Positions 13,200 to 26,307 are shown, counted from the first letter of the whole stretch. The stretch: 63,577 bases of DNA, filler included, from Phoronis australis (GCA_002633005.1; 7 parts of 7 records of this genome joined end to end with filler, not necessarily neighbours in it), one strand, 5' to 3'. Numbers and translations: made by a program. Notes: a model not told the origin generated them from the sequence alone.

Positions 13200-14913
13200 A
13201 CTGGATTTAGCATAACAACGGACATTAATCATCCTCCAGACAGTGCTGATTTCCAGCTGCACAAACTGCTGCTGTGTTCTGTGATTCACTCGGATGGGGG
13301 GGAGGGAGGGGGGATTGTGGCATTTGTTAAAATCCAAGGTGACAATGTACATGTGACTAAGAAAATCTGTGCCCAAGACATCCAGAATTAAAAACTTAGT
13401 ACATTACTGTTGCAGTCAACTCCATCATTCTAGGCTTGGCTATCCACAGGGGCAATAAAATAATTATCTTCCCCAGCACCCTGTATTAAGCTATGTTTAG
13501 TTACACAGTGTAGACAGAGCTCCTAATTTGTGAAAATGTGGGCTCAAAGAAATCCTTATTGATTCGCATACTTATGCCCCCAACTCCAAACAGTCTTTCT
13601 CAAAACATGATAAGGGACTCAAGAAATATGACTTCTGGTCCCAGCATGGTGCGTAGACTCTGTGTCTGTGATACCTTATTAGGTGGTAGACTGTGATGAG
13701 TCCCCTGTGTTTGTGGTCAGGGAGCAGATTTTTGGATGAGTGAGCTGTGTGTTGTGTGATTGTCACTGCTTTGTGATCAGCAAGCTGTCTTTCTCTTTAC
13801 GGTGGCCATATCTTTGGACTCCCTCAGGTACCTGTACGAAATGATACTTAGATAAAGCATTATGAACCAACCAAGTTCTCAGCACATTCATACCTGAATT
13901 ACTTCTAGCCTAATTTGTGGATTTTCACGTAGAACCAAGTGTCATTCGCTAATCGCCACAAAAGGGGTTGAAGTTTGCATAAAAGGACACATACCCTAAA
14001 ATTCAAATCACGTAGCACGTCATCTTAGTGGTAAACTTGGAAATTTTATCTCACAGAAATTTTTATTCCCATGCCGCTGTACCCACCCCTCATTCGTTTT
14101 GTACAAGTGCTTGACCTTTGCCTCAACACTTGGATCCTGGCCTGATGTTATCTGCTGTTTCACAGCTATTCATTCACAACATGTCAACTCGCTTTTTTCC
14201 TCATGCTTATCATTGAGGATTTCTGTTAAGAAGGAAGAAGGTGAACAGATATTTGTATAGGGGGGTTTTTGAGTTGCAGCGTGACAACTGATCACACGGG
14301 ATGGTATACCTGGTGAGTGGCCTCTAGATTACAAGAAGGCAATTTCATTTTTGTTTAATATGCTGCTCGTGTCTAATCACATTAACTGTAAAAGGTCTTT
14401 TCAGAAAGCTGAGAACATTCGCTATGCCACCTGTTGTGAAGAAGAATTAGTACTTCCTGGTGAAGCCAGGGGGCGATGAGAGTGTGGTCTCACATGATCA
14501 TACACCATTGTTTCTTGAAAGTTTCTGTTGCTAAATTATGTTTTAGTTTCCTAATCAAAATGGTGGAGGGGGTTCGAAATTACAGACTTTATTTAGACTT
14601 GTGACGTGCTGGAGCTCCTGAATTTCACCCCAACAGCAAAATTAAACCACTAAAGTTTTTCCAGGAAATTCTCGACAATTTGGTGACAAATGAATGACCT
14701 CGCAAATGCTTTCATTCGAAAGATGTTGTTGCCCCCTTTAGGACAATTTACATCTGCCTGTAAGAATGACTATTTTCCATTTTTAACAGATTCCATTATT
14801 ACTGTGAAGGCCCACAGTTTTCAAATTAATGCCTCAGATGGCAGGTACGATAGACACATTTACTTCTCTACATCTCATTAAAGTATGAGAGAATATCATT
14901 TCTCCATTATTGC

Positions 14914-15013
14914 GTCCTACATTTGGTATGATTTCTTAGCACTCTTCACCAAAATACTGGTGGTCCTACATTTGGTATGATTTCTTAGCACTCTTCACCC
15001 AAATACTGGTGGT
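14914..15013. repeat. 49-bp tandem duplication
   Basis: gtcctacatttggtatgatttcttagcactcttcacc starts at 14914 and again at 14963. Confidence 0.9.
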
Positions 15014-17049
15014 GTTTTGAGGAAGGGTGCACTGATGTGGACTGGGGGTACTTCTGCAGAAGATGTATACGGGACGAGGAGGTGTTAGGAAGGTGACTAA
15101 TATGCCCAGTTTGATCTAAGAAGGGTGTGACCCTTTCCAACAAAATTTCCTAAGACAGGATACCTTTTTTGACACAATTCCAAAAAATAGTTGGGCATAA
15201 CTTGCCCATATTTTGAGAACCAGCTTTCTGCACTGAATAATGGGCAAAGTTGTCAAAATTGGAGAACCAATGCTCTAGCCGACCATTGCCCAATTCTCTG
15301 CAAAGTTCCCTTGGATAGTCCAAAAACTTTATAAAAGTTCTTTTTTCCTGATACACAGGAAGGATTTACAATATTACCTGGATTTGAAAAGAAATTGCAA
15401 ATTACTTACTCATTTTTGTCAACATGGCAGCTCTTCGTTTGCTGTTGATGGCTCAATGAGTTGAAATTAACCCCTACGATATATGGTGCTTCTGGAACTA
15501 AAGGCCGGGTGCAAAAGTATAATATATTCATGCGATCCCTAGAAACAGGTCCCTTTTGAGTCTTATGAGTTGCAGCTGCACTACCCAGAAGTGCTCTCTC
15601 TTGATCAGTGGTCCATATTTGTACATTGATGCAGCTGCCAAGATTGTCATCTTGTTATGCTTTGTTCTGTTGTAATATTCATTGAAGGAAAAGAGCCCCT
15701 CTTGAATTCAGTTCTGGTCATGCACAATAGGATGTTATTAACCAAGCAAAGAATGAGGAATTGTGGTTTTATACCCTCTACCATATAGCACAATAATTGC
15801 TCATGCAGTGTGATGTCTAGTATATATATACCACAACTAAATTAAGAACTGTCTTTAAAACTACTGAGGCCATGGTCTGGGCCCAAAACGAGTAGAGTCA
15901 GGTCAGTTCTAACTTAAAATTTCAGTAGACTGACAGGACTACTGCTACTACACTAATGTCAATATTAAGCTGCATTTACACTGGAAACAGCTGTCACGTA
16001 GCAACTAACACAGAACAGCTGATCTAGGCGCAAGTGTGTGAAAACACGACTGACACGCATCAAGTTGACACCGCGACGGCCATTTTTGACACCGGTTTGA
16101 GAGGTAAAGCAAATTGCACTTGATCTGTTGCCCCAGTTTCACTACGCATCTAAACACAACTGCGAGGCAGTGGAAAGGGATCATCTTTAATGCGCTTGCA
16201 CAATATAGTTCATGGGTGATCCACTGGGATTTCACATGTTTTGGACCTTGGCTATTGTTTATGCTAGCGTGCCCGCAGGCAGTCGTAATCATGCTGATCC
16301 AGTTTGCGATCGTCATGTAATCAATCGCAACGGAAGTGGAGCCAGTTGCGCTGTGACAACTCTCACTGCGACAGCTGCTCCCTGTGTAAAAAAACAGCTT
16401 GAAAATCATAACTGCAGGTGGACCTGATTCTTATGTTTGTATAAAGGCATTAGTGTCTTTATAACTAAGTCTGTATTTTGATGTTTACCAGCAACAAACA
16501 CATAGGGGCTAGATCTTATCAATGTTGCAGTTTGCACACCACCATTTGCAAGTCATAATTTGGGTAAGGACCTATGGTCCATGCACCAACGTTCCTGTAA
16601 AGATCCTTAGAATTCCTTACTGTTGCGATTGTGCTGTAGAACCCCCTCCCCCCCGAGTTTGTAGGCAATGGACTGTTTTGTTGCACTCAATTTAACACCA
16701 CCCTTGATTTTTAGTTCCTCAATTCATCTTTGCCTAAGGTGACTGTTAGTAGTATATGTCAGATATACCAGTATATACTGAGTGCTATACCAGCATGCAC
16801 TGTGGCTTCATCAATTGGTCCATTTGTGTCAGCCTTGTTTCCTTGTCAATGACTTGTCAATGGCCAAGCCACTTGAGATTATGAGACTGAAATGGTAAAC
16901 AGGTTGTTTTTCTTTCCTTACATTCCAAGTATTGAACTTCCTGGTGAGAAAACATTAATATGCAGATTATTTTAATTTAAGCCACTGCTGCTCTGTGAAA
17001 AATAGCACATATGCTACAATTTCAGCGCATGGGTCTTGCTGTTCCCCAC

Positions 17050-18540
17050 TTTTTATGCGCCCATATATTTTGTGGTCGCATATTGCCGTCATCTTTGTCT
17101 GTCCAGGCGTCCGGCGTCCGCTGCTGTATCTCCTAAACCCCTCACAGGATCTTGTTGATGAGATTTGTCAGATGTGTTCCTATGAAACTGACAACGGACG
17201 ATGACAAATTTCAGACCTCTCCGACTACCGGTGTGCCCCCTAGTGGCAATTTTATTTTTTACGCTTATCTCTGTATCTTCGGATGTCCTCAACGGATTTT
17301 CATAAAATTTGGAAGTTAGGCATCTATTAGTAAGATAATGCCTTCCTCCCATTATCGGACGGATTCAAGGTACTTTGCGCCACCTAGTGGCCATTTTTAT
17401 TGTTTTCTTGGCATCCGCCGTTCTATCAACCAAACCGCTCTAGGAATGATTTTGAAAGTTGGCATATATGTTCTTGCTGTGAAGAGGGCGATCGATGATG
17501 ATTTTCCGACAACTTCGACAACTGTGGCGCCTCCTAGTGGCATTTTTGTATGTTTTTGCGCCCATGGCTGTATCTCCTAAACCTGTCTCAGGAACTTAAT
17601 GGGATTTGGCAGATGTGTTCCCATGAAGGTGACAACAGGTGGCAACGACTTTTGGACCTCTCGGACTACTGGTGTGCCCCCTAGTGGTAATTTAAATTTT
17701 TTTACGCTTTATAGATTTGTAGGTCCTCAACGGATTTTCATAAAATTTAGCAGTTAGACATCTATTAGTGAGATAATGCCATCCTCCTATTTTCAGATGG
17801 ATTCTTAGAACTTTGTCCCACCAGTGGCCATTTTTACTGTTTTCGAGTCTGTTTTTGGCGTCCGCCGTTCTATCAACCACACCGCTTTAGGTATGATTTT
17901 GAAAGTTGGCATACATATGTTCTTACTGTGAAGAGGGTGGCTGACGATGATATTCCTATGATTTGGAATACTATGGCATCTCCTAGTGGCAGTTTTGTTT
18001 GTTTTTGCGCCCATGGCTGTATCTCCTAAATGCTCTACAGGATCTGTATTAAATTTTGCTGGTGTATTTATATGAAGTTGACTACAGAGGATGACGACTT
18101 TCGTATGGATCGGGCTACCAGTGTGCCCCCTAGTGGCAATTTTAGTTATTTTCGTTTACCTCTGTATCTTAAAGGAGCGTCAATGGATTTTCATAAAATT
18201 TGGCAGTTAGGCATCTATTAGTGAGGTGACGCAATCATCCCATTTTCAGTAAAATTCGAGGCATTTTGCGCTACCTTGTGGCCATTTTTACTGTTTTCGA
18301 GTCTTGTTATTTAACGTCTGCCTTTCTGTCAACCAAACCACTCTAAGGATGGTTGTGGCATTTATGTTGTTTCCTAATGGGAAGAGAAAGTCTGACGATG
18401 ATTTTCCGATGACTTTATCTACTTTGGTGCCTCTTTTTGGCAGTTATGTTTTTTGCCTCTTAAGTAGCAATTTCATTTTTTCATTTTCCTCTTGTTTTCT
18501 CAGAAGTTCCTTGACAGATTTTTATGAAATTTGTTAAATA
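17050..18540 (+). mobile_element. Non-autonomous Helentron/HINE (DINE-1-like) element with an internal ~147-bp tandem array
   Basis: Begins at a T-run, then a short inverted repeat (tatgcg...cgcata) and a GTCC-type microsatellite, then diverged tandem units. Related copies at about 39080-39650, 42260-42817 and 44330-44940. Confidence 0.7.
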
Positions 18541-18640
18541 NNNNNNNNNNNNNNNNNNNNNNNNNNNNNNNNNNNNNNNNNNNNTTAATTAATTAANNNN
18601 NNNNNNNNNNNNNNNNNNNNNNNNNNNNNNNNNNNNNNNN

Positions 18641-19133
18641 AGAACTTGGTCTCCCTGTATGAGCAAGAACTCGTCGACTACGGTAAAGTAGACCGGGGCT
18701 ATGAGGGTGGTCTGCCATCTCAAGCATACAAGGAGATTGAAAGACTGGGTGGTCTGGAAGGCGAGGGTGGCTATAAGTTCTTCGGTGTGAACCAGAAATT
18801 GATTTCAGTAAGAGAAAGGTCAAAGTCTACATCAACTGCTCTGTCAGTATCTTCAAAGATGAGACTGAGGTGGCCAAGTGGCTGGTACAGAATGGTCCTA
18901 TCTACATTGAGTCCATTGGTATCAATGCCAACGCAATGCAGTTTTACTTTTGAGGCATTTCCCGTCCATGGAAAGTCCTCACCCCAAAAGCCTGGATCAC
19001 GATGTCCTCATTGTAGGATATGGCTTCCAGAGTGTAAAACCTACTAAATCATCAAGAACGGTTGGGACCATCATGGGGAGGGAAGGGATACTATCTGGCA
19101 TATAACGTGGCGGCGTCTGTGGCCTGAACCAGA
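18641..19133 (+). pseudogene. CTSF: Processed pseudogene of a cathepsin F-like papain-family cysteine protease (C-terminal part)
   Basis: Across frameshifts: LVSLYEQELVD, GGLPSQAYKEIERLGGLE, KVKVYINCSVSI, KDETEVAKWLVQNGPI, SIGINANAMQFYF, LDHDVLIVGYG, IIKNGW, WGGKGYY, GVCGLNQ. No introns; several stops and frameshifts. Confidence 0.85.
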
Positions 19134-19250
19134 GAACCTGGTTCAGTGTGATGGAGGTTTAGATTGGTTTCATGCTGGGTGTGTGGGGGCTAATGAGCAG
19201 GAGTTAAGTGATATGGAAGAGTACCTTTGTCCTATATGCTGTAATAATGG
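19132..19250 (+). pseudogene. PHD-finger remnant
   Basis: ENLVQCDGGLDWFHAGCVGANEQELSDMEEYLCPIC matches the C-terminal part of the PHD consensus, with one Cys lost. Confidence 0.7.
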
Positions 19251-20010
19251 TTATGATTGTAAGATGGCTCAACATGTAGTGGAAGAATAAGTGGCAGCAT
19301 CGAGAAAGACCCAGTTGTTGGAGCCTTTCAAGGTTATTTCTATGCTGGTGGAAGGGGAGCTGGGGTGGGAGATGGCAAGGAGGCTTGTGTTGAGGTTCAG
19401 GACTTTAGCGATTAGAATGGAGAATAGCAAGAGGGAGGTTAAGGCTGAGGAGTTGGTAGTTTTGCTTGGGGAAGACGAAGAGTGGTTCACGGGGAAGAGG
19501 TTGATGTGGACTGTGGCATGTAAGTGGGCAGGATGCTGTTTTGTGGGGGAGGACATTGCAGCGCATATGAGATTTTGGCATTTGCCAAGGTTTGTCTATA
19601 GGTGGGAGTCGGGTTACATGTTGGAAGCCAATGTGTCAGGTGGGTTAAGTTCTAGTGCAGGGAGTGGGGATTTAGCAGCCATTGGAGCATAGTTGTTGGA
19701 GAGTGGATGAGATTTTGGTGAGTTGGGGGATACAGATTTTAGGGAGGTGGAGAGGGTGTGTAGGGAATTAGGATGGGCAGTACCTAAGGGTAGGTGTTTG
19801 AGGGAGTGCCAGGTGGTTATTTTGTCATGGAAAAGGGTGGAGGTGTTGAGCAGGTTGTCGGCAGGACAGTTGCAAGAGTTTGTGAGGTATAGACCACAGG
19901 GTGGAGTTTTTGTTCGAGTATCAGTTGAGAATAAAAGTAGGGGTGTTTGTGGTGGGGGAGTGTGCAGGTGGAGTTGGGTTATAGTCGGGGAGGGGGTAAT
20001 GTGTGGATGA
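19251..20010 (+). pseudogene. Decayed G-rich ORF with a C2H2-like zinc finger, probably a transposon accessory gene
   Basis: Continues after the PHD remnant with internal stops and contains CKWAGCCFVGEDIAAHMRFWHLP. The plus strand is markedly G-rich and C-poor. Confidence 0.4.
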
Positions 20011-20561
20011 GGTAGGATAGTTTGTGTATATAGGTTGGCTATATGATGAGATTGTTTATTTTGATATGAGATTTATTATTTTGTTATGGGATTTATTTGC
20101 GTTGTGGTTATGTTTTTCTTTGTGATGGGCGGGGGTGGGGGGTATTGTGGGTTTTCTCCGAAATTTACCAACTGGATTTCGGATGTGTGGCAGTTGGTGT
20201 GTGGAGTGTCACTCTGGGTACACCGCTTGTTGTGAGAAAGTGCTTCAGACGGTTGCTGCTAATTTAATAGTGGTACGACATTGTAAAATGTCGCGCCACT
20301 TGAGACATGTAAATTATTCCTTTTGCACGAAAAAACAATGAGCAGTCAAACGAAGATCGATAAGCTTTGTCTGAAAGTAGGAAAATTGCACTACCGTCCT
20401 AACTCCAAGCTGCCGATTCTGCAAAGAAAATAATCACTGGATTTCAAAGGAACATCAACTGTGGAACAGCTCTCGCATGACTTTCAGTTGATTGGTTGGT
20501 TCAAGAAAGGCTGCTTGTTGTCGGAGCAATTAACTTCCGGTTTGAGCATGCCAGTTCAGCC

Positions 20562-21118
20562 ATGTCTAAGTGAGTGTTGATTCTTGGCTGCAGCTATGTA
20601 CTATGTCGTCTGACAGATTTCATCCTACAGGACAACTGAACTTTTTGTTTGACTTACTTCCTCACAACTTAAATGTCAAGCTACATGACGTTGGAGGGAT
20701 GACAGCAACAGCAGTCAACATGAAGATGAAGGTTGTGGAAACATTCACTCTTGACATGGTTATCCTACATGTGGGAGGCAACGACCCGTCTTCAAAGTCT
20801 CCTGCGAAGGTTTACCAGCGGCCTGTGCACCTAACTAGCATTTTCAATGAGTCTATCAAGTGTCTGCCTTCCTCGTGTCTTCTATCCTGTGCAAGTACAT
20901 CCTGGCAGGATTTGACAAGAAGGCAGATACACTGAATGGTCTGCTGAGGGAGACATTCCAACATTTTCCCAATGTAATGTTCTGGTTCCACTGGCGATTT
21001 CAGAACAACCGCAAACCCATGTATGGTGACCAAGTGCATCTGAATGTTCAAGGTCACTACTGATTGTATCGGTCCTTAAAGTGTGCCATTGTACACAAAT
21101 TGAAAAAGGAATTCTTAA
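20562..21118 (+). pseudogene. Degenerate SGNH/GDSL-hydrolase-like ORF (retroelement-associated type)
   Basis: Blocks VLILGCSYV, VGG, DMVILHVGGND and DQVHLNVQG occur in the expected order, with stops and a frameshift. Confidence 0.7.
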
Positions 21119-21146
21119 AATACCTTTCCAAAATTGTTGGCAGCCA

Positions 21147-21611
21147 CATCCTCAAGCCTCAAGATGGCGCTGATCGGTTTGGCCATTTGAGCCTTGGTTA
21201 TGGGAAACCAAATGTGTCAGAATTCTGATCCATTTTTGCCAGAAAATCACAAGTAATATAAAGTTATATATGAACTTTGAAAATTTTCTGCAGAGTACTT
21301 CAAAACTGCAGCAATTTCGATCTGAAATATTGCAAAAATGAATGTTTTTTACTTGAAAACAGAGATTAAGTTCTATGATACTATTAATAAATGAGAATTG
21401 AAAAAAGGAAGTGGACAACCTTTATTTCAAACAATAACCAAAACAATGCATTCTGCTTGATGAACAACAGCTGCAACGCCTATGAAATTAATTAAAATCT
21501 GCCTTTGCTTTAATGACATCCAGGCAGCCGCCAATCATTGCGCAGAAGGTATTTCCCATAACCGAGCCTAAATGGCTAAACCGATCAGTGCCATCTTGAG
21601 GCTTGGGGATG
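21147..21611. mobile_element. MITE with ~60-bp terminal inverted repeats
   Basis: Left end catcctcaagcctcaagatggcgctgatcggtttggccattt... matches the reverse complement of 21552-21611. Confidence 0.8.
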
Positions 21612-24600
21612 AGTCTGAATTGTTGGTAGCCGAATTCAAACTTTTATGACCATGGTGTGAAGGGCTTAATTTGTCAGCCTAGTCCATACTTATTTTTAAT
21701 GATTTTGAGAATTCAACCAAGAGTTCATTCTGGATTTACAACGAAACCAACTTTTACATGTATAATAAAACTGAAATAGCGTAAAAAAGGAGAGTCAGTG
21801 TTTTCACACTTTAGCCGATCACAACAGGTCCTTACCAATTCCAGACTGTTAATCCTATAGCCTCTGCCTTTAGGATCTAAGTATCTAGGATACTCTGGGT
21901 GATACTTTGTAATTTACAGTCTTGTTGGCCCACCCTCTTTTGACATAGTTTCAACTTATTTTGTACTTATGTGTAACTTCTGTAACAGGAGACAAATCCT
22001 ATACTTACATTTGGGGTTTTGTTTCCCCAATGTCTAAGCAAACCTAAGCCACACTGTAACTAACCTGTTGTAAGTGATTAACGAATTAATGCTCTTGTTG
22101 GGCTGCGATGCTAAAGAAAACCTATTCGCTTATTAATCTTATAATGCATCAATTTTAAAAATTTTAAGACAGTCCCAATTTTCTTTTAGATTTTAAAAAT
22201 GGTCTTGTTGGTTCTTTGCCATATTTTTTGTTCCTTTTTGACTTTGAAACTGGTACGCGAAATAGACGTGTTGGTTTGCAACACTGGAATTATGTCATCC
22301 AGCATGTTCAGCCATGAGTAGTGACATAGCTCACTTCAGTCTGTGACAATGCCATCAAGCCTTTGATGTGCTGAGGACTTCGCTGGACACTCTGGGGTAA
22401 ACCGTGCACGCTTTATCATCCACTTGTGTGCGAATCTTTTTAGCGTAAGATTTGCCTAATGATTTTCCTAGGCTTTTGAATGGTCATGTCTGGCAAAATC
22501 AATTAAGAGGCTAAAATTTTCCATGTGGAAAAAGTCAACTCACAAAAGTGTGTACCGTGCCCATGTTGAAAAATGCACCAGTACACCAGAGATTCAGTTC
22601 ATGTATCTCTGGCGTATAAGCATCCAAACCAATTGGCCACTAGGTAATTACCTACAGGGGCAATCAATTTGGAGAGGTTTTATTTAATGACTGTAGGTCA
22701 CACTTGTAAGTCACAATGACAGTTCATGGTTGACAGTCTATAAGGTACGTCAGTGAAATCATTCTTAGTTTGGATTATTTAATGCTTTTCACAAAGAATG
22801 AGCAGTAACCATGATCTCTGGAATGTACATGTAGGAGTATCTCCTAGCTTCTGAATGATACATGTACATCCTTACACATAATACAGTGCTGACACAGGCA
22901 AAAATGCCCACTCGAAAATATGAGTGACAGCATATTTGGCAGTTGTTTTCCTGGATTTGAGATTGTAAAAAGTGACGTCCAAAAATATAATCTGACCGTC
23001 CACTCGGCAAAATGTTCAAATGATTCGAGTGAGGTCAATTTTCTACTTGTATTTTCAAGCGTTTACTCACTAATATCTAGTCCTGTAATAACTTAAAGTG
23101 GCAATATACCAGGGGTCTGTTGGAGAAAAAAGTGGCCTCCTATGAAATTGTTCTTAACTCAGATGAGGGCTGGTGGGTTTGGTCTTTCAAAGAATGGACA
23201 GTTTGCTATGACAAACTAACTTGTAGAGCCTTGTGTCATGTAACTGTGATAACACATTTAGTCGGTGGGCCAGAATTTGTAGGGCCTCTAGAAAATGGTT
23301 TTTGTGAGTACTTTAGGGGGGCAATTTTATTTTNNNNTAGTCGGTGGGCCAGATTTTGTAGGGCCTCTAGAAAATGGTTTTTGTGAGTACTTTAGGGGGG
23401 CAATTTTATTTTGGTGTTTTTTAATTCATTTATTAGAGTGTTTTCAAAATCTAAAAAGTTCCCACATATAAAGTTGCACATTTTTGAGAAATTTGAGTTT
23501 GAAGTTACCTAATAATCACCAAAGAGCTTAGTAAACTTATATTTGTAAAAANNNNNNNNNNNNNNNNNNNNNNNNNNNNNNNNNNNNNNNNNNNNNNNNN
23601 NNNNNNNNNNNNNNNNNNNNNNNNNNNNNNNNNNNNNNNNNNNNNNNNNNNNNNNNNNNNNNNNNNNNNNNNNNNNNNNNNNNNNNNNNNNNNNNNNNNN
23701 NNNNNNNNNNNNNNNNNNNNNNNNNNNNNNNNNNNNNNNNNNNNNNNNNNNNNNNNNNNNNNNNNNNNNNNNNNNNNNNNNNNNNNNNNNNNNNNNNNNN
23801 NNNNNNNNNNNNNNNNNNNNNNNNNNNNNNNNNNNNNNNNNNNNNNNNNNNNNNNNNNNNNNNNNNNNNNNNNNNNNNNNNNNNNNNNNNNNNNNNNNNN
23901 NNNNNNNNNNNNNNNNNNNNNNNNNNNNNNNNNNNNNNNNNNNNNNNNNNNNNNNNNNNNNNNNNNNNNNNNNNNNNNNNNNNNNNNNNNNNNNNNNNNN
24001 NNNNNNNNNNNNNNNNNNNNNNNNNNNNNNNNNNNNNNNNNNNNNNNNNNNNNNNNNNNNNNNNNNNNNNNNNNNNNNNNNNNNNNNNNNNNNNNNNNNN
24101 NNNNNNNNNNNNNNNNNNNNNNNNNNNNNNNNNNNNNNNNNNNNNNNNNNNNNNNNNNNNNNNNNNNNNNNNNNNNNNNNNNNNNNNNNNNNNNNNNNNN
24201 NNNNNNNNNNNNNNNNNNNNNNNNNNNNNNNNNNNNNNNNNNNNNNNNNCTTCAGCTGAGATATTGAGGCAGGAAGTAGGGCAATTTTCAACATTTTGGA
24301 ATCACCACAAACTAGCTAAACTGGTGGCCTTCAAAAACGGTTAGGATGTAACTAAAACCTTGACATTTTCTATGACTGGCAAGTTGAAAGACACCTCAAT
24401 TCAGTGATAAACTTGAAGTGTTTCAGTTTGCACTATTGTTCTCAAGGTAAGTTCGCAAAAAGTGCCAAAATGTAGCTGTAACGAGGCTTGGAATTGGCAG
24501 AAAAACAACACGTTCCCATAGCAACCACAAGGTGGCGCACGCAAAAAAATTAATGTTGGTATGAAGGTTGGGGCATCAACCACTACCATCATGCAAACAA

Positions 24601-24659
24601 TCGAGGAAATCCGTGACATAGCCTTTATCACTTTTTGCCTGGTCCATTCGTGGACGTGC

Positions 24660-24932
24660 TCTTAAGTTTTCATAACTTAAGTTTTCAAAAACTTAAGTTT
24701 TTCAAAAACTAAAGTTCTGAAAACTTAAGTTTTTCAAAAACTTAAGTGTTTTCCAAAAACTTAAGTATTTTGGAACAAGTTTTTTGGAACGAACTTAAGT
24801 TTTTCAAACTTAAGTTTTCAAAAAACTTAAGTTTTTGAAAAACTTAAGTTTTGGAACAAGTTTTTTGTAACAAACATAAGTCATCAAAACTTAAGTTTTT
24901 GAAAACTGAAGTTTTCTAAAAGCAATAAGTTT
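24660..24932. repeat. Array of short AAAACTTAAGTTTT palindromes
   Basis: More than ten CTTAAG-centred palindromic units or close variants at roughly 15-25 bp spacing. Confidence 0.8.
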
Positions 24933-25807
24933 CAATAGGACAGGCATTCAGAAACTTCGAGTTTCACTAAAACAAGAGTGGAGTACAGTAACAAATTTAA
25001 TGATTCACATAAAGATTTAACAAACTAGAGTTCTATTAATATTTCATTAACAATGATTAATTGCAGAAAATAAAATGCACTTCCTAAAATACACTAGTTC
25101 CTTAAAATAAGTGAACATAAGTGAAATATCAAAATCTTAAAAACCAGAAACATTTCAAAAATCAGTTCATCAAGTGTCATGCATACAATGCGGTGAAAAC
25201 TAGATGAGGCTAATATCATATTCATATTTGCATCGTTCTCAGTCTATGACAATTATGTGATAACTGAGGGAACAGAATGGTATGTACAAACAGAGAAATC
25301 ACTACAAAATCATGAAACACATCCGAAGAAAATCTAATTACATAGTCAGGAAGGACTACAACAAAAGTCTACGTTTCAACAGCACAGACTTTTTCAACTA
25401 AAATTACAGGAATGACATCAAGAATAGCAAATCACTTAATGTGCAAAATCCAAAAATATCTGCAGAGACAAAAGCATAACATCAAACGTAACAGGTAAGT
25501 AACAGTTTATCGACAATGGCCACAGATCTGATTTTGGGAGGTACAATTCTTATGCTAGAAATAGTGCCCAGAATCACCTATTATTGTTTTCAACCTTAAA
25601 AATATCAATTTAAAAGTCAAAGTTTCATTTTGTTGACAATCATAATAACAGTAAATCCAATACACTCCATAGTGCGAACAAGTTTCAATAAAAGTAACCC
25701 TACGTACAACCTGGTTATACGAGACTGAAATTAGAAAACTTAGACCTTTGACCACAAAAAAAATCTTTTCCCTTCGATTTAAACTACTGAACTTCATACA
25801 CAAATCT

Positions 25808-26307
25808 ATAGGGCCTTTCATACTAACATCGAAGCATCGAAGTTTTTGGGAGTTAATGTCAGTATGAAAGCTTAAACTTTGGTCCTGGAAGGAAGTTAAC
25901 AGTGCCAGTTAACTTCGCACTAAACAGGTGGATTTAAGTGCTCAGCGTCAATGCTGCCACGCAGTATAAACGATCAACTTCGGTCCTATCAAAGTTATTG
26001 CCAGGAGACACTGTTATCATTAACAATTGCATAGTAGTGTGATGGCTAATAGTTGCTCATACCTAGCTATAGTAATCACCAATCAATTTAAAAATAAATT
26101 TTATGTCAATTAACACATGTAAATGTTCCCAAATTGTCACATCTTAGCGTACAGTGCTACCTTGTGATACCTTCGATCATGACAGCGTCACCTACTTACT
26201 TCGAAGTTCATGAACTACCGAAGCCAGAATGAACGGTCCAGTTAACTTTGCAGTATACGTCGATGCTCCGCTCAGATAAGAGTTAAGTCAATGTGAAAGG
26301 GCTCTAT
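25808..26307. mobile_element. Possible MITE with short TIRs
   Basis: atagggcctttcatact at the left versus aatgtgaaagggctctat at the right; imperfect match. Confidence 0.45.

Noticed and set aside
13570-13831. Exon-like minus-strand segment with ag/gt boundaries
   Set aside because: All three frames contain stops and there is no homology clue; at most a non-coding exon.
23278-23412. Direct repeat on both sides of nnnn at about 23334
   Set aside because: Contig-end overlap artefact.
23509-24294. Long ORFs consisting of X (also 44917-45666)
   Set aside because: These are translations of N gaps.
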